Source: Eledone cirrhosa
Lineage: Eukaryota
Direction of reading: 5' to 3'
Assembly (NCBI GenBank): GCA_964016885.1
Contig: OZ024740.1
Coordinates: 235,290,001-235,354,000, forward strand
Length of the DNA stretch: 64,000 bases
Position 1 is the first letter of the stretch, and the number at the start of each line of letters is the position of its first letter. The notes below the pieces were generated by a model. The model was not told the origin of the DNA. It was given only the letters and a program-made list of their open reading frames with translations, and searched no databases. Positions 62,801 to 64,000 of the stretch are shown here, piece by piece. The position numbers and the translations under genes are program-made.

Positions 62801-64000
62801 GGGAGGAGAAAACTGATTGGTGGTGGTGGTGGTGGCCATGATGATATTGATGATGACAATAATAATAAGAGTAATTTCTTTTGTATTGGCACAAACTGAT
62901 TTATTTTTGTAAGAGGAGAGACTGTTATAGACATATGGGATTAAAATATTCTTTTGGCCCTTTATTTTACTAATCTTGAAGACTTAAATCACTTAGTGCA
63001 ACTTTTTGTTATCTTTTTTGGCAAGATTGAAATTCAGAAATATAAGAAAAGTGAATCTAAATAGCAATCTTCTAGACAATTTATATTTCTTAACTAATCT
63101 GTTCTTATATAGATTATCATATAGAGGCTTCCAATTCTAGTCACTATCATGAGAAAATTGTGTTAGTCATCTTTATTATCATCTGCATTATCTCTTCCAC
63201 CATTTCTCCATTTCTATCCCGGATATTTGGTATTTTGCCAGAGAAGATAGAAATTTATGTCTTGCTACTTACACAGTTGGTCTAATATTCAGACACTAAC
63301 ACCCACTTCTCTTCCATAGCTCAGATTAACAACTATATTGGTCTTTTCTGTTATATTCAGCTTTTGTGGATTTTAAAACACAAAGAGATGTTTTCTTCTA
63401 GTTTATCTGTTATGTTATTTTTGGCAAAAGTCTTCTTTTTTGGGGACATTTGCACTTTTGATATTTGACATGAGGCCAGACAATTTGGATATAGATATTT
63501 GATATCAATATAAGCAACTAAAACTCCATGAAGTTGGTGTCCTAGCATGGTTGCAGTCCAATGACTGAAACAATAAAAGAATAAATGATTGTCTTAGTAA
63601 AGACAATTGAAACCATGGAAGTAATGAAGTATAAACATGAAACTTGATTCAAGTGGTTTCAGTGTCACATAGCATTTGTGAAGTGGATCAAGTTGAGCAA
63701 GGGTTTCATAACAGGGATTATATATCAGTGTTCTTAAAAGCATGTGGTGGTGGTCGAGGTGATTACAGTGTTATTGCAATATACATAATTCATAGGTGCG
63801 TGTGGAGAATGAAAGGTTAGGCTTATAAAATGGTGTATCAACTAGATGCAGCCTCACTCCAGGTGTCAAAGGCTATATTAAAGTAGAAGGGTCATAGGGG
63901 ACATGTGAAACAACCAGCAACAAGAGCTAGTCATCTGATACAACCATAAATTATTGACACTACTTCTGGGTGAACTCATTTAAAATTCTAATCTCCTTTC

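Overview
Repeat-rich animal genomic DNA, not prokaryotic. The SINE, RTE-LINE and microsatellite content resembles octopus (recognised from memory, not searched). Two real genes are visible. (1) Two small + strand coding exons of IMMP2L (mitochondrial inner membrane protease subunit 2) at 18635-18739 and 37796-37899, missed by the ORF track; they splice to MLRVALG...VEGASMQ|PSLNPEG...RGEVVSL. The exon with the catalytic Lys was not found, so the next intron probably runs past 64000. (2) An intact single-coding-exon LRR-Ig-FN3-TM gene of the LRRN/NLRR family on the - strand (53981-56149), inside that intron. This matches the human nesting of LRRN3 in IMMP2L intron 3 and is the main finding. The rest is intronic: roughly 24 kb of tandem arrays (36-42, 59, 25-40 and 34 bp units), decayed CRE and RTE LINEs, a hAT transposase relic, tRNA-derived SINEs, MITEs, two non-autonomous Helitrons and a tRNA-Gly pseudogene. 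Most long ORFs in the track are repeat artefacts. Repeat boundaries are approximate unless a TSD is given.
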